From positions 434,001-498,000 of the forward strand of contig JAIVFI010000022.1 of the NCBI GenBank assembly GCA_025558095.1: 64,000 nucleotides of DNA. Direction: 5' to 3'. Source of the stretch: Hyaloraphidium curvatum SAG 235-1 (Eukaryota > Fungi > Monoblepharomycota). The notes beneath the pieces are model-generated. The model did not search any database. It saw only the letters and a list, made by a program, of their open reading frames with translations, and was not told where the DNA came from. Both the position numbers and the translations under genes were made by a program. Positions 51,478-63,150 of the stretch are shown here, piece by piece; position 1 is the stretch's first letter, and each line of letters begins with the position of its first letter.

Positions 51478-52523
51478 ATGGCACTCCAGCTCAAAAGTCA
51501 GCGTCTCGCGCGACAGTGCCCTGGTAGCGGCTCCTGACCCGTTCCTCGCCGCGTGTCTCCCACCAACCCAGGCACGCCGATCCTCGACGGTCTCGCGTTC
51601 GGCGAAGGCCCGCGGTGGCGCAACGGGTCGCTCTACTTCTCGGATATCCACGCCCACCGCGTGGTCCGCTACGATCCGGGCACCAAGAAGCTGGAGACCC
51701 TGCTCGAGATGCCCGGGCAGCCTCCGAGCCAGCCTTCCGGCCTCGGCTGGCTTCCGGACGGCAGCATGTTGATCGTGAGCACGCGCGACAAGCGCATCCT
51801 GAAACTGGACACGAACGGGAAGCTGTCGGTGCACGCCGACCTCGCGAGCATGACGGAGACCGCGATCAACGACATGGTCGTCTCGGAGTCGGGCCACGCG
51901 TACGTCGGCTCCATGGGCATGGACCTCGATTCGACGGCGAAGGCGAAGGGCTGGAAGTGGATCTACGAGCACGCCGGAGACCCGGAGAACTGCGGCACGA
52001 TCTTCCACGTCGACCCTTCGGGAAGGGCGGAAGTGGGCATGGAAGGGCTCATGTTCCCCAACGGGCCCGTCATCCTGCCCGGCGGCCGGCTGTATCTCGT
52101 CGGAGAGACGTTCGGGCACCGGATTTCCGCGTGCGACGTCGCACGGGACGGCAAGCTGTCGAACAGGAGGACCTGGGCGCCGGTCGCGGCCGACATCTTC
52201 CCGGACGGGGTCGCGTGGGATCCCAAGGCCAACGCTCTCTGGGTCGGCAACGGCGGCGGAAAGAACGTGCGTGCTTGCGATCGGCGGCCGGAACCGTGAA
52301 CTCATTGCGCTCGCCGCCGCAGATCACCCTCGTGGCCGAAGGCGGCGCCGTGCTCGCAACCGTCAGCACGACGTTGCTCGGCATCGCGTGCGCGCTGGAC
52401 CCCGTGAACAGGAACCTCTACATCTGCACGGCCCCCGACTCGAATGGCGAGAGGCGGAGGAAGGCGCGGGAGGCCAAGCTGGAAGTCGTGAACGTCGCGG
52501 CAGTTTCGGGCGGGAAGCTGTAG
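51478..52523 (+). CDS. SMP-30/gluconolactonase/LRE family protein, ends -GKL
   Basis: Splicing gives MALQLKSTPILDGLAFGEGPRW, followed by PSGLGWLPDG, INDMVV, FPNG and PDG. Two introns. Confidence 0.85.
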
Positions 52524-52647
52524 TCCATTTCTTGTCCCTCCTTTCTTTGGAATGAATGTTGCAGTTGTCCCTTCCTTCTTTTTCCTTCAGACAGCCGGTC
52601 GCTTTGCCACCCGCCACGACACGACAGCCGCCGGGGCAGCAAACACG

Positions 52648-53487
52648 ATGCCTCGCGCCCGCAACGGCGATGTCGAGCTCGAATACGAGGTCTTTGGCAC
52701 CTCTGGCGAGGTCGTCCTGCTCATCAACGGCCTCGGGGCCCAGCTGCTCCGCTGGCCGGCCGATTTCTGCCAGAAGCTTGTCTCCCGGGGTTACGTCGTC
52801 GTCCGGATGGACAATCGCGACGTCGGCCTCTCGTCGTGGCTGCCCGGCCGCAGCTACGTCCTGAGCGACATGGCGAGGGACTGCATCGCCGTCGTGGACG
52901 CCGTGGGCGCCGAGAAGTTTCACGCGGTCGGAGTGAGCATGGGAGCCATGATAGCGCAGCTGCTGGCCATCGAGCACCCGCACCGCGTGCTCTCGCTCGT
53001 CTCGATCATGTCGACGACCGGGGCGCCCGATGCGTTCCGCGCCACGCCCGAGGCGATGGCGGTGCTCGGCGCCGCGTTGCCCGACCCCAAGGCGGACTAC
53101 GCGGCCTTCCTGGAGCGCGCCATGGCCAACAACCGCGTGATCGAGAGCCCCGGATACCGCTGGACGGAGGAGGAGCTGCGGGAGAGGGCCGAGGCCGAGT
53201 ACAAGAGGGCGTACAACCCGCCGGGCGTCGCGAGGCAGCGCGCGGCCATCGCCGCCGACGGGGACCGCACGGAAAGGCTGGGCAAGGTGAAGCTGCCGAC
53301 CGTGGTTCTGCACGGCAAGGACGACCCGTTGGTCATGCCGATCGGGGGCGAGGCAACCGCCAAAGCGGTCCCGGGGGCGGAGCTGAGGCTGATTGACGGA
53401 ATGGGCCACAATCTGCCTCCGGGGCTGCACGACGTGTTTCTGGATGCCATTACGGCGGCAGCTGAGCGGGCTAGGACGAAACTGTAG
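52648..53487 (+). CDS. Alpha/beta hydrolase (bacterial-type esterase), single exon, ends -TKL
   Basis: LLINGLGAQL..WP, DNRDVGLS, GVSMGAMIAQ, LHGKDDPLV and IDGMGHNLP. Confidence 0.9.
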   Translation: MPRARNGDVELEYEVFGTSGEVVLLINGLGAQLLRWPADFCQKLVSRGYVVVRMDNRDVGLSSWLPGRSYVLSDMARDCIAVVDAVGAEKFHAVGVSMGAMIAQLLAIEHPHRVLSLVSIMSTTGAPDAFRATPEAMAVLGAALPDPKADYAAFLERAMANNRVIESPGYRWTEEELRERAEAEYKRAYNPPGVARQRAAIAADGDRTERLGKVKLPTVVLHGKDDPLVMPIGGEATAKAVPGAELRLIDGMGHNLPPGLHDVFLDAITAAAERARTKL

Positions 53488-53788
53488 TGTGAAGGTCGAT
53501 GTCGTCTATTGGGAAGCCAGACGGCCCTGCTCGCGAATTTTGGTCCGCAAGCACTTGAAATGGATGCCAGTATGTACGACATCGAGAGAAGCTCTATCTG
53601 TCAGGGGCAGTGCGCTCTTTCGGTGCCTCGGATCCGGTGCGGACCCTCGTCGGGGCTCGTGTCGGTCAAGTCCGCCACAGCGCGGCTTCCAAACAAGGGC
53701 GACCCAGCGCTTATCGAAGCCCGGGACAACCGCCAGCCCACTTCCCCCCTCCATCGCCCCTCTCTTTCCGCCTCCGGGCCCCGCCGCC

Positions 53789-54678
53789 ATGTTCGAGAAG
53801 CTCAAGCGGTCGCGGTCGCGGCACAACCACCAGAGCGAGGTCAACGGGCTCCGCAAGAAGCTCGCCGCCGCGCTCCCCTCGGCCGACCTCGAGGCCGACG
53901 TCGACATCACGTCCAACTCGGCGCTGCAGCATTTCGTGGACTCGCTGCCGGACAGGGCGGCGGTGGGCGCGCCCGCGGTCGTCTCCCTCCTCCCCGCTGA
54001 AGCCCCCCCGTCCCTGTCGGCCGTTTCCCGTGCAGGCCGAAAAGATCACCCCGCTGGTCAAGGAGATGCAGGCGCTCAACCTCGATCGGAAGAAGCTGTG
54101 CGCGAGGCTCATCGACGAGTTCCAGACCCGGGACCTGCCCAGCCAGAACTCGCGGAAGCACCTGGAGGCGTACCTCGCGCAAAGCGAGGCGGCGATGAAG
54201 GACGAGGAGGTGCGTGGGTGCTTTCAGTAGGGAGAAGGCCGCTGACGGTTTTCATTCGCCGCCCCCGGGTTATCTGTGGACCTGCGTCTTGCCGGACCGC
54301 TGGTCCTCGCCGTACGCCGCCCCCAAAACCTCTGTTTCGCCCTTCTCGCCGCTCCAGGAATACTTCGGGCAGGCCGGCTCGGGCGGCTTCGAGCAGATCA
54401 ACCTCCTCGAGCAGCGCATCGAGCTCGTCAAGGACATGATCGCCCTGCTCCCCGAGAACTACGAATTTCGCGGGACGAAATACGTCAAGGCCGCATCTTC
54501 CGCCGGCACCGCGAGCCCGACGTCTGCGGTGCCCACCCCGAGCTCCGCCCCGGCGCCGGCGCCGGTGCAGACCGCCCCCGTACCCCCGAGCCCCGTGTCG
54601 GCCGGCACGGGACCGGCGCTGGTTGCGGTCGCGTCGCCGATCGCGCCGTCGCCCATCGTCACCAGCTACGTGAACTAG
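53789..54678 (+). CDS. Hypothetical helical protein with Pro/Ala/Ser-rich tail
   Basis: Three high-GC3 exons join in frame through canonical GT-AG introns. No family recognised. Confidence 0.6.
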
Positions 54679-55232
54679 GCGGGACGGACGCTGCGGACGG
54701 CTCCCGGCGGGACCGTGGGCGGGCCGCGATCCACCTTAGGGGCCAGATTGGCTTTGTCTACGGGTTTCTATTGTTGGCTGTGTATCTGTGATGCAAAAAC
54801 AAGGCCTGATGCTGTTGCCACCGCCGTATTTGTCCTGCGCTTATCTCGGTTTGCCTCCTTTTGCTTCCCGATGCGCGTTCAGGGGTCTGCCGCTTGTTCG
54901 GGCCGAAATGGATACCTGTTGGCGGAAAGGACAGGACTGACGCATCGCCCGTGCATGCACATCCACGGGTTCGCGCGGAAAATGGACAGACCCTAGCAGC
55001 CGAAGCTTGCTGCGGTATGCGCAATGCCGCCGGCCGCAGGGTGTGCGGGGACCTATTGGCTGCGGCGCCACCCCGTTTGGTCCCGCGGGGATCCCCGTTG
55101 CGGCGAGCCAAGCCGCAGCGGCAAGTTCGCTGACCACCGAACCCCCGCATTTCGGATTCCGCGTGCGGGAGGCCGTTTGGGAGCGCCGTAGCGGCACAGA
55201 AACCCGGAGCCGCCGCGGAGACGGAACAGGCG

Positions 55233-57193
55233 ATGGCGCGCGCACTTCTGTTCGCCGCGCTGGCCGCGCTCGCACTCCCCGTTTCCGGCGCGCCACGGTT
55301 CGACACGCGGCCGCCCGGCGCTCTGAGTCCGAACAGCGCCGGCAGTGCGCCGCAGGGGCCCCCGGCGTACGGCTTCCGGCCGCCCAAGGGCGCCCGGCCG
55401 CGCGGCCCGCTGTACTCGGCCGGCATCAGGCCGACGCCGGTCGATCCGGGAAGCACCGCGCCACCCGATGCCGGCGGCGGGGTGACGCCGAATGCACCGA
55501 GGGCGATGCGGTCGGTGGCCTACTTTCCGAGCTGGAGCTACGGTGGGTGATCGGCACCTGCCTCGTCGCCGACCACGCCCCCTGACCCGTTTTGGATTCG
55601 CCCAATTTAGCCGACGTGCCGCTCGTTCCCGATGTGGCCGGCCGCCTGTGAGTTGCCTAGCCGCAGCAGAGGCCTCCTGTTTCATTTCCGGGGCTGACTT
55701 GCTCCGTCCATCGCGCCTGTCACGTGAACTCGGCCACCACTCCCTGCCTCCCACTCTGGCCTTCCCATCTGCCAGCACCCACGTCATCTACGCGTTCGCA
55801 ACCACGAGCTTCCACAACGGCCAGTGGTACCTCGATTTCATGAACCCCGACCCCGAGACGCGGATCTGCCCCGTCGGCGGCGGATGCAGCGACGACTTTT
55901 GCATCACCTTCCCCGAGAACCAGTCATGCGACGGCGGCGCGACCGTCGCCATCACCCGTTTCGCCGGTCACCGCAACATCAGCGGCTGCCCGACGGCGAA
56001 CACGTGCTGGAACAAGATGGTGCCCTCACGGAACCCGCAGTGCACCGTCTCGGTGCCGAACCGCATCTGCGGGCAGCTGGGGTACCTCCTCAAGCGGGCC
56101 CGGAGCGAGCCGCAGAACCAGGGGGTCAGGTTCATGCTGGGGATCGGCGGCGGGATGGACAGCAACTACTTTGGCCATGCGACCATGGTCAACATGATCC
56201 CGTCGTTCGTCAGCAACATCGTCAACACGGTGATCAACTATGGGTTCGACGGCGTCGACATCGATTGGTAGGTGCAGGCCGAGGGCGGCAGCGCACACGA
56301 GCCGCGGCTGACCGTGCGTGCAGGGAGTACCCCACTTTTGAGCGCGGAGGGCAGCCGACCCCGAACGCCCCGTCCCGCGGGGAGTTCAACCAGGGCATCG
56401 ACTGCCTCTACCAGCCCTGCCAGCTGGGGGCGCGGGTCAACGACGGGCGCAAGTACGTCGATCTGATGCGGAGGCTGCGCGCGGCGTTCAACAGGCGCGG
56501 GCGCAACCGGTACGGCGAGCCCTACCTCGTGAGCACGGCGATCCCGGCCGTGCCGTACTACGTGGACCGGTTCAATGTGTCGGCAATCTGCGCGGTCAGC
56601 GACTTTATCAACGTCATGAGCTGTGGGTGTCTCGTCTTCTGCAACAGCAGCTCGCCTTTGCTGACGCTAGGCTGCACCCAGACGACTACTACGGCCCCTG
56701 GTCCTCCACGGCGGGGCCCAATGCCCCCCTCTTCAACACGCGCGACGCCGCCCTCTCCGTCTACGGCAGCTTCGACATGCTCGCCAACCGCGGCTGCCCC
56801 CGCTCCAAGATGAACCTCGGCATCCCCTTCTACGGCTACCGCTACTACGGCGTCTCCCCCGGCCCCACCGGCTTCGGCCTGTACATGCCCTACACGCGCG
56901 TGGGGTGGGACACTTCGGTCCGCTACTCGGACGTGCGCAACGCGGTGGCCTCGGAGCCGGGCTGGCGCGTGTTCTACGACAACAGGACGGCGACGACGTC
57001 GCAGAGCGCCGTGGCCTACAACCGCGCGAGGAGGGAGATGATCGCGTTCGAGGATCCGCAGACGATCGCGTGGAAGAGGGCGTGGGCGGCGAGGACGGGG
57101 GTGGGGGGGCTGATGTACTGGAGCCTGGGGCTGGACGACGAGGCGGGGTCGCTGCTGAGGGCCGCAGTGCCGACGATCAGAAGGCGGCCGTGA
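55233..57193 (+). CDS. Secreted GH18 chitinase with Cys-rich insertion
   Basis: Signal peptide, AYFPSWS and THVIYAFA. Catalytic FDGVDIDW|EYP is intact after splicing. Also NVMS/YD, KMNLGIPFYG and GGLMYWSL. Confidence 0.9.
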
Positions 57194-57289
57194 AGAGCAG
57201 TGGTCAAGAGGAGGAAGGGAGGCGAAGGGAGGAAGCATCAAGATACCGGGGACCAATATCCTACGTCACCCTTTGTCATCTCTCTATCG

Positions 57290-57342
57290 TGGAACAGTGG
57301 AATGGTGGAACAATGGAATGATGGTACAATGGACTGGTGGAA
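57290..57342. repeat. Degenerate 16-bp tandem repeat (TGGAACAATGGAATGG-like, about 3.3 copies)
   Basis: TGGAACAGTGGAATGG / TGGAACAATGGAATGA / TGGTACAATGGACTGG / TGGAA. Confidence 0.7.
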
Positions 57343-57684
57343 GAGAGATACATGCATGAGCTAAAACGGCGGTGGCCCGTTGGGCGTGGTCGACTTCATC
57401 GCCCGCTGGTACGTCTCCATCCCGTCCATCTCCACGAGCCACCGTGTGGCAAGTCGCGGGCGGAAAACGGGCAGGGATCGCGGCGAAACCACCGCCGATT
57501 CTTCCGATGCCTGCGGTATGCGGGGAGTCTTGGTGGCGCTTACGGCGTCGAAAAGAGCTCCGATACGCGGTCAACTCAATGAATACATAGAAACTGGAAA
57601 CCTAAGCAAGGAAGTGCTACTAGACAACTTGCAGCAAACAACTATTTGAACGGCGACGACTTTGCTGGTGACCGCGCGGATGCA

Positions 57685-60600
57685 TCAATAGCCCAAGATG
57701 CTACGCCCTTGAGAGCACCAGTGACCCGGTGCTCCGTATCCCGTGATGCCCCAGAACTGGCGGTGTCGCTCGCCACACTATCCGAAAGGAGTTAGCACTT
57801 GCTCGGGCCTACTTTGCGACGCAACGCACCTCGAAGTAGGGAGATGTACCGTCCCCGGTGTTGGCAATCTGAGCGCAGCAGTCCGCGTTCCGCCAAATGC
57901 AGTCTAATTGCCGTGTATACTGTTCAGCGAGGCGAAGATCGGACGGCTGCCGTCAGCTTACCCATGCTGTTCCTCGACATGCACGCAATTTCCCCTGACG
58001 CCGTCTTCTTCACCGGAGTCATGTTCGGTCCGCCTGAGAAACAATCAGCGCACGACAATGCCTCATCGCGCGAGTATCTCACCAGCAGGATCGGCCATGC
58101 AGTACCACAAGCTTCCACCATAATCGGGGCCTCCTGAGAAACACGTACGTAAGAGGGGTCCTTTCTCGCGTACAGTTGACCGCGTACCCGTTGGTGCATT
58201 GCACGCGGAGCTTGCCGAAGAGCCGGGCGACGAGGGTGGGGGAGGCGGAGGCGGAGGTGGAGGCGACGGCGGTGCGGATCGGACCGCGAAAGGGTTGGCT
58301 TGGCAATCGTACGACAAGGTCCTGACACTGGCACCATCACCGGTAGCTCTTCCCAAGTTGTGGCGACCCAGGTCAACCTAGTGAGAGACACGGCTTCAGC
58401 TCAGATTCAGAGGAAGCACGTTGAACCTACTGCGCCCCAGAAGGCTCGAACCCAGCCGTCAATGCGCACTTCCCACGGGTCGTGTCCCTCGCGGAGCTCT
58501 CGACAGATACCGGATACATCCGCCGCTCCACGAGCTTCGTAGTAAGTTCTGAAGCGTGCCGACAGGTCTATACCCCCCTCGGCGGCGCCCCAGAGCACGG
58601 ATCCGGCGGCAGCAACACCGAAAACAATGGTGCCGGCAGGGCGAGCCGTGACATCGGCACCAGCGCGAGCTTGGTCAAAGCAAACGGTGTTTCGCGCGTC
58701 GAGCTCGGCTCTCCCGTCCATGTAGATGGTTACGGCTGGCAAGTGACCGTCAACAAGCCGCGAAGATCCGAATGCATCGCACTCACCAATGTCCGCAATG
58801 CGAAGAATAGGCACGTTCACTCCGAGTTGCGCGATTCTCCGATCTCCAGTGTCGCCGAGCTCAGAGTCGACGGTGGTGCAGTCGGTCGACAATCCCTGGT
58901 TGATGTACGTGTAATCTCCTAGAACAAGCAAGGCTTGGGCGCTGTAGTATCCATCCCACTGCAGGCAAGTTGAGCAGCAAATTCCTAAGGGACATTTTCC
59001 ACAAGCCTACAGTGGAGAAGCCCAAACGTCCTTCAAAGAATGTGCTGCTTCGTCCGAACGCTCTGCCCTGGATTTTGGCGCCTCCAAAGGCTGATGAAGT
59101 CGAGTAATTAGTTTGACAGGCGACATCCTGCTTAGATTTGCGTACCTTTAAATCTCATCGTGCCGCCCTGCTCGCCAGCGCCTCCAAAGAGAGCCGCGAC
59201 GGCTCGGACATTAACCTGGTCGTTGCCCAAGTTGTAGGGGTAGACGTACCAGAAATGCTGAGCGAAACTCGCGTCAGGATCAGAAACAGATAACCTGACA
59301 TGTCCTTACGGCCGGGTAGCGCTGAAGGTCGCTGTACCTGTCGCTCGTGCTCTGCATGTCATCGAGGAGAGGAACCGAGTCGCTCCACGCCCGCTTCAAC
59401 AAATGGTGGAAGCCGCGCTTTGCCAAGTACTCCATTGCTTGGGGCTCAGCGAGCGTGGCAAGCTCCATGTCGAGCGCGTCAGGTCCCTCGGCATGCGGCT
59501 CACTGAGGGATCTGTGCGCCGCATCAATCACAGCAGCCCGTATCGTCTCATCGTGCCGAGCTCTGGCCAGTAGAGATGCGAGTTCCGCTCGTACATCCGG
59601 GCGATGCGCGTGTCGACGGAGAGAGAAAACAGCCGCTTCGGCCACTTGGCTATCGGATGGTGAAGCGGGAGTTTGCAGGAACGTTTTGAGAGAGTTGACT
59701 GGACAGTTCTTGCCAGCATTGCCGGCCGAGAGGATGGCTGTCGCGCATGCCGATACTGAAGCAGCTTCCCGAGCGGTGCCGTTCGAGCAGGCCTTCGACA
59801 CGAGGCGTAGAAGGATGGAGGACGCCGTCTCTTGGTCCGCGTGCTCGAGTACTTTGCCTAAAGCGAGGGATGCACGGCTGGAGAGCGCTGGCTCGATGGA
59901 AGAGCTCAAGGAGAACAGCTTGTCAACGACGGCGGGGTGCGAAGATGTGGCATGGAACACGCTGCCGATTGCAGCTTCTCGAATCGCCAGCTTTTGCGAC
60001 CCAAGACCATCGACAATGACCTGAAATGCGGCTTCGGTGTCGGCTGCGGCCAAAGTCTCGTAGACGCGCCTCGCAAACTCTCTAGACCGAGGCCCGGCGC
60101 TTTCAACAGCGGCATTTGCCGCGAATCCGGCGGCAAAGGCGTCCGCATTCGTTCCCGAGGAGAGCTCCAAGGAAAGCGAACGAAACAACTGCGAGTCCGC
60201 GGGGTCTTCCTCGAGTCTCCGGAGAAGGCCATGAATAGCCGAACCGCGGCGAACGAGGCGGCTCCGAGCGGGCGCAGTCCGTTGCTCACCAGCACCGGCA
60301 GCGGGCTTCGCCGTGTGCTTCAGGCTCTCGGTCGAAACCTGTCCGTTCCCTGCACGGCTCGCGAGGGCTGTGGATGCTATGCGCGGAAGAGCCGAGGCCA
60401 GCGAGAGACGCGTGAACGCGACCATGGGCAAGCCTTGCAACTGAGTCGCATTTTCGGGCGCTCGTGGATACCCGATGACCATCTCGGAGACTTCTTGAAC
60501 CTCCATGACCGTGCCGTCCAGACGTATCCACGCAATCGAGGTTTCGTTGAACGTTGCCGACGAATTGCTTTCGAACAGCGCGGTGTCGTCGTAGAAGGCC

Positions 60601-61671
60601 TGCACCGCAATACCGGGAGCCTGCTCATTGGTGACGGCGATGTAGGTGGAGTTCCGTGCCCCGTTGGCACCGACCTCGGCTGCAAGACCTCAAGTAAGCC
60701 CAACAGACAAGGAGCCGAAAGCAAAAGAGCCCACTGATGACCGCAGAGGAGCTATGGAAGACAAGATTGACTTGGAACGACTGGAAAAGCTCGATAAGTG
60801 CGTGATTCGAAGCGACCGATACGATTCCCACCTCAGCGATGCCCTTCTTGATATTAGCAACCTGAGAATCCTCGCCAGGGTGGACCTGCACGCCGACCAC
60901 GGTGCCATTGTTGGCGCGCAGGAATCGAAAAGGCTTGGAAAAGTTCGCCGAGACTTGATCGGAATAGTCCGGAGCGTTGCCGCGCAACGCGTCCAGCAGG
61001 GCGGATCCTGTTTCTGCCAGCCAGCTGGATCGTGCGCCGGCCTCGGAGATTCGAACGTTGGAAACCTGCAAGCTGCTATCAGAGTCCGAGTGGAAGGAAC
61101 TGATCAATCGGCCACCGACCGCAAGATCAAACATGTGGGACCGATCTGTGCCGTTCTCGCCGGCCGAAACCTCTCCAAGACAAGTCAGATAGGCGTGGGC
61201 TATGATCGTAAAGCCGGCACAAGCTTTCGGCCCCTGCGTAGCGGCCAGTTTCCCGATGCCGAAGCAAGTTGTGTAGTTGAACCTGTAGAGCAGCGTGGTG
61301 TTCGTCTTCACCAATCGTCAAGTCAATGGTGGAACTCGCACTCTGAGAAGCCAACACACCTGACATCCGGGAACGATGTGGCCATAGAATGACTCAAGAC
61401 CGTCGGGGAGTTCCGGCTTGGCTCCTGCAGCCGCAGCGGCGCCTGCGCCCTCCGGAACGAGACGCAGAGCGTCCCATTCGGGCGATGAGATCCCAGTCGA
61501 GCGGGATTTGAGGAGCAGCGCGACTGTGATGGCGCTGAGGGTCGCCAAGAGCAGCGCAACGGCGCCGGCGATGAGCAAGAGGCGGCAGCGCCTGGCGCCC
61601 TTCGAAATCTTGACCGAGCCACCGTCGGCGATGAGATTGGCGTCGCCGCTTTTCTCCATGCCGTCGGCCAT
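57685..61671 (-). CDS. Membrane-anchored large lipid transfer protein-like (vitellogenin/MTP LPD-N domain) with poly-Pro linker and C-terminal Cys-rich domain
   Basis: N-terminal TM. Splicing gives SKPFRF...NGTV...EDSQVANIKKGIAE/SFQVNL...TEVGANGARNSTY. The helical region has LALG and ILSAGNAG. The last exons end ...GHWCSQGRSILGY* (TGA at 57685-57687). About 12 introns. Confidence 0.7.
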
Positions 61672-61935
61672 GGCAGAGCCGGCCTGAGTTGTTCGATGAA
61701 GCTGTGCACGTCGACTGTGATGAACGGGTTGAGATTCCAGGGTTCCCCCTCAGTTCGACACCAGCCACAAGCGGAGCGGAAATCCCGCATCGCAAAGCCA
61801 AATCTCAAGCGGACTGGCGGAGAAGGAATGGGGCGAGAGATCACGTCCAATAGATAATGGCGCTACAATATCGGCCTGCCGTGCCAGTAATCAGTTGAAC
61901 AATATCGTCTGAGGCTCACCGAGCATCTTCTTCAT

Positions 61936-63150
61936 TCATCCTTCGTTCCCGCTCCCAGACGACCTGCTGCCAGGGTCCGACGGCGGCCGCGACCTCTCCA
62001 GCCTGTTCTTAACGATGGCAGGAGGTTCGTCCTCGCCAAGCCGGAGCGAAAAGGCGTTCTGCTGCTTCTGGAGAAGCAGCTCCTGGCCAATCGCCATCAG
62101 AGTCTCTTGCATCGACTGGATCCGGATGGGTTTCGTCAGCGTCCCGCGCATGCCGCTGTCGATCGAGCGCGTCTGCGAGATCTGCAGCAAATGGACGCGC
62201 CAGACGACAAGTAGGAGACTCAGTGCCCAATCCGACCTCAGAGATGTCGGCAGTGACGGCGATGATTACGGGGTGAGGCCGTCAATGACGGGCATGTTGA
62301 CTGTGCGAATTTCGTAAGATGAAGGCCCAAAAAGCAACGGTGAGAGCAACCCACCATCCATCAAGATTAGCTCGAACGGCAGGCCCGCACGGATGGCCTC
62401 CTCCACTGTCCACCATCTCGATCGCCACTTTGCCGTCGTTCGCGCATTGGACGCCCTCGAAACCCATCTTCTCCAGGAACCGCGTCGCCAGAAGAAGGTT
62501 GACCGAGTTGTCGTACACCGCGGGGATCCGCATCGGCAGCCGCTTGCCCAGGGTGTGGTCGATTTCGCTCGCGGGGTCTTCTGTCTCCCTGCGGCGTTTG
62601 GGCGCGCCACCGGCCGCGCCGTCGGGAGCTGCCTCCGACGCGGATCCGTTCGGAAGTGGGGCCGAAGCAGGGGCCCCGGTGGCCACGGCGTTGGCGAGCT
62701 TGGCCGAATCCAGAGCCTGCACCACGACCTCGGCCATGGAGCTCGAGCGGTAGGGGATGTAGATGTGCGCGTCACGTTGTTGGGGTAGAACGTCCTGCCG
62801 GCGCGGTCGGGTTACTCCTCCAACACGGCCGAACGGAAGCCAACGAACCATTGGTCAAACACGCTCTCCCCGTGGTTGAAGAGCTTGTCGTCGATGCACC
62901 ACAGCCGCAGCTTGGTCGCCTCGCTCAAGTCGCTCGTGTAGTCCGTCGCCAGGAAGTGCTCCAGGTCGTTCTTCCGCCACAGTGCGACCGCTGCGGAGTT
63001 TCCTCAGAACATGGCATGATTATCCAGGTCGTAGATCCACACCGGCGAGGTGAAGTTGCCCAGGAGCGTCGCGTGCTCGGGCGTCCAGTGCGGCCTGGCC
63101 ATGAATGCCCGGAAAACCGGCCGCGGCACCCAAGCGAGGCCCGCAAGCAC
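61936..63150 (-). pseudogene. Degenerate C-terminal receiver (REC) domain of a hybrid histidine kinase
   Basis: LPMRIPAVYDNSVNLLLATRFLEKMG...NDGKVAIEM, then after a frameshift EEAIRAGLPFELILMD/VNMPVIDGL, then after another frameshift or deletion PVIIAVTAD/...SGMRGTLTKPI. An apparent stop lies upstream. The 5' limit is uncertain. Confidence 0.7.

Noticed and set aside
57290-57342. TGGAA-rich repeat as a CRISPR array or telomere
   Set aside because: Only about three degenerate adjacent units, with no spacers, no cas genes and no TTAGGG array.
57380-57649. 89-aa ORF between the chitinase and the LLTP-like gene
   Set aside because: No ATG start, codon bias or recognisable motif.
58030-58145. 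Repeated CFSGGP peptide suggesting an internal protein repeat
   Set aside because: It arises from two similar intron 3' ends (TGTTTCTCAG) read through in the ORF track and disappears after splicing.
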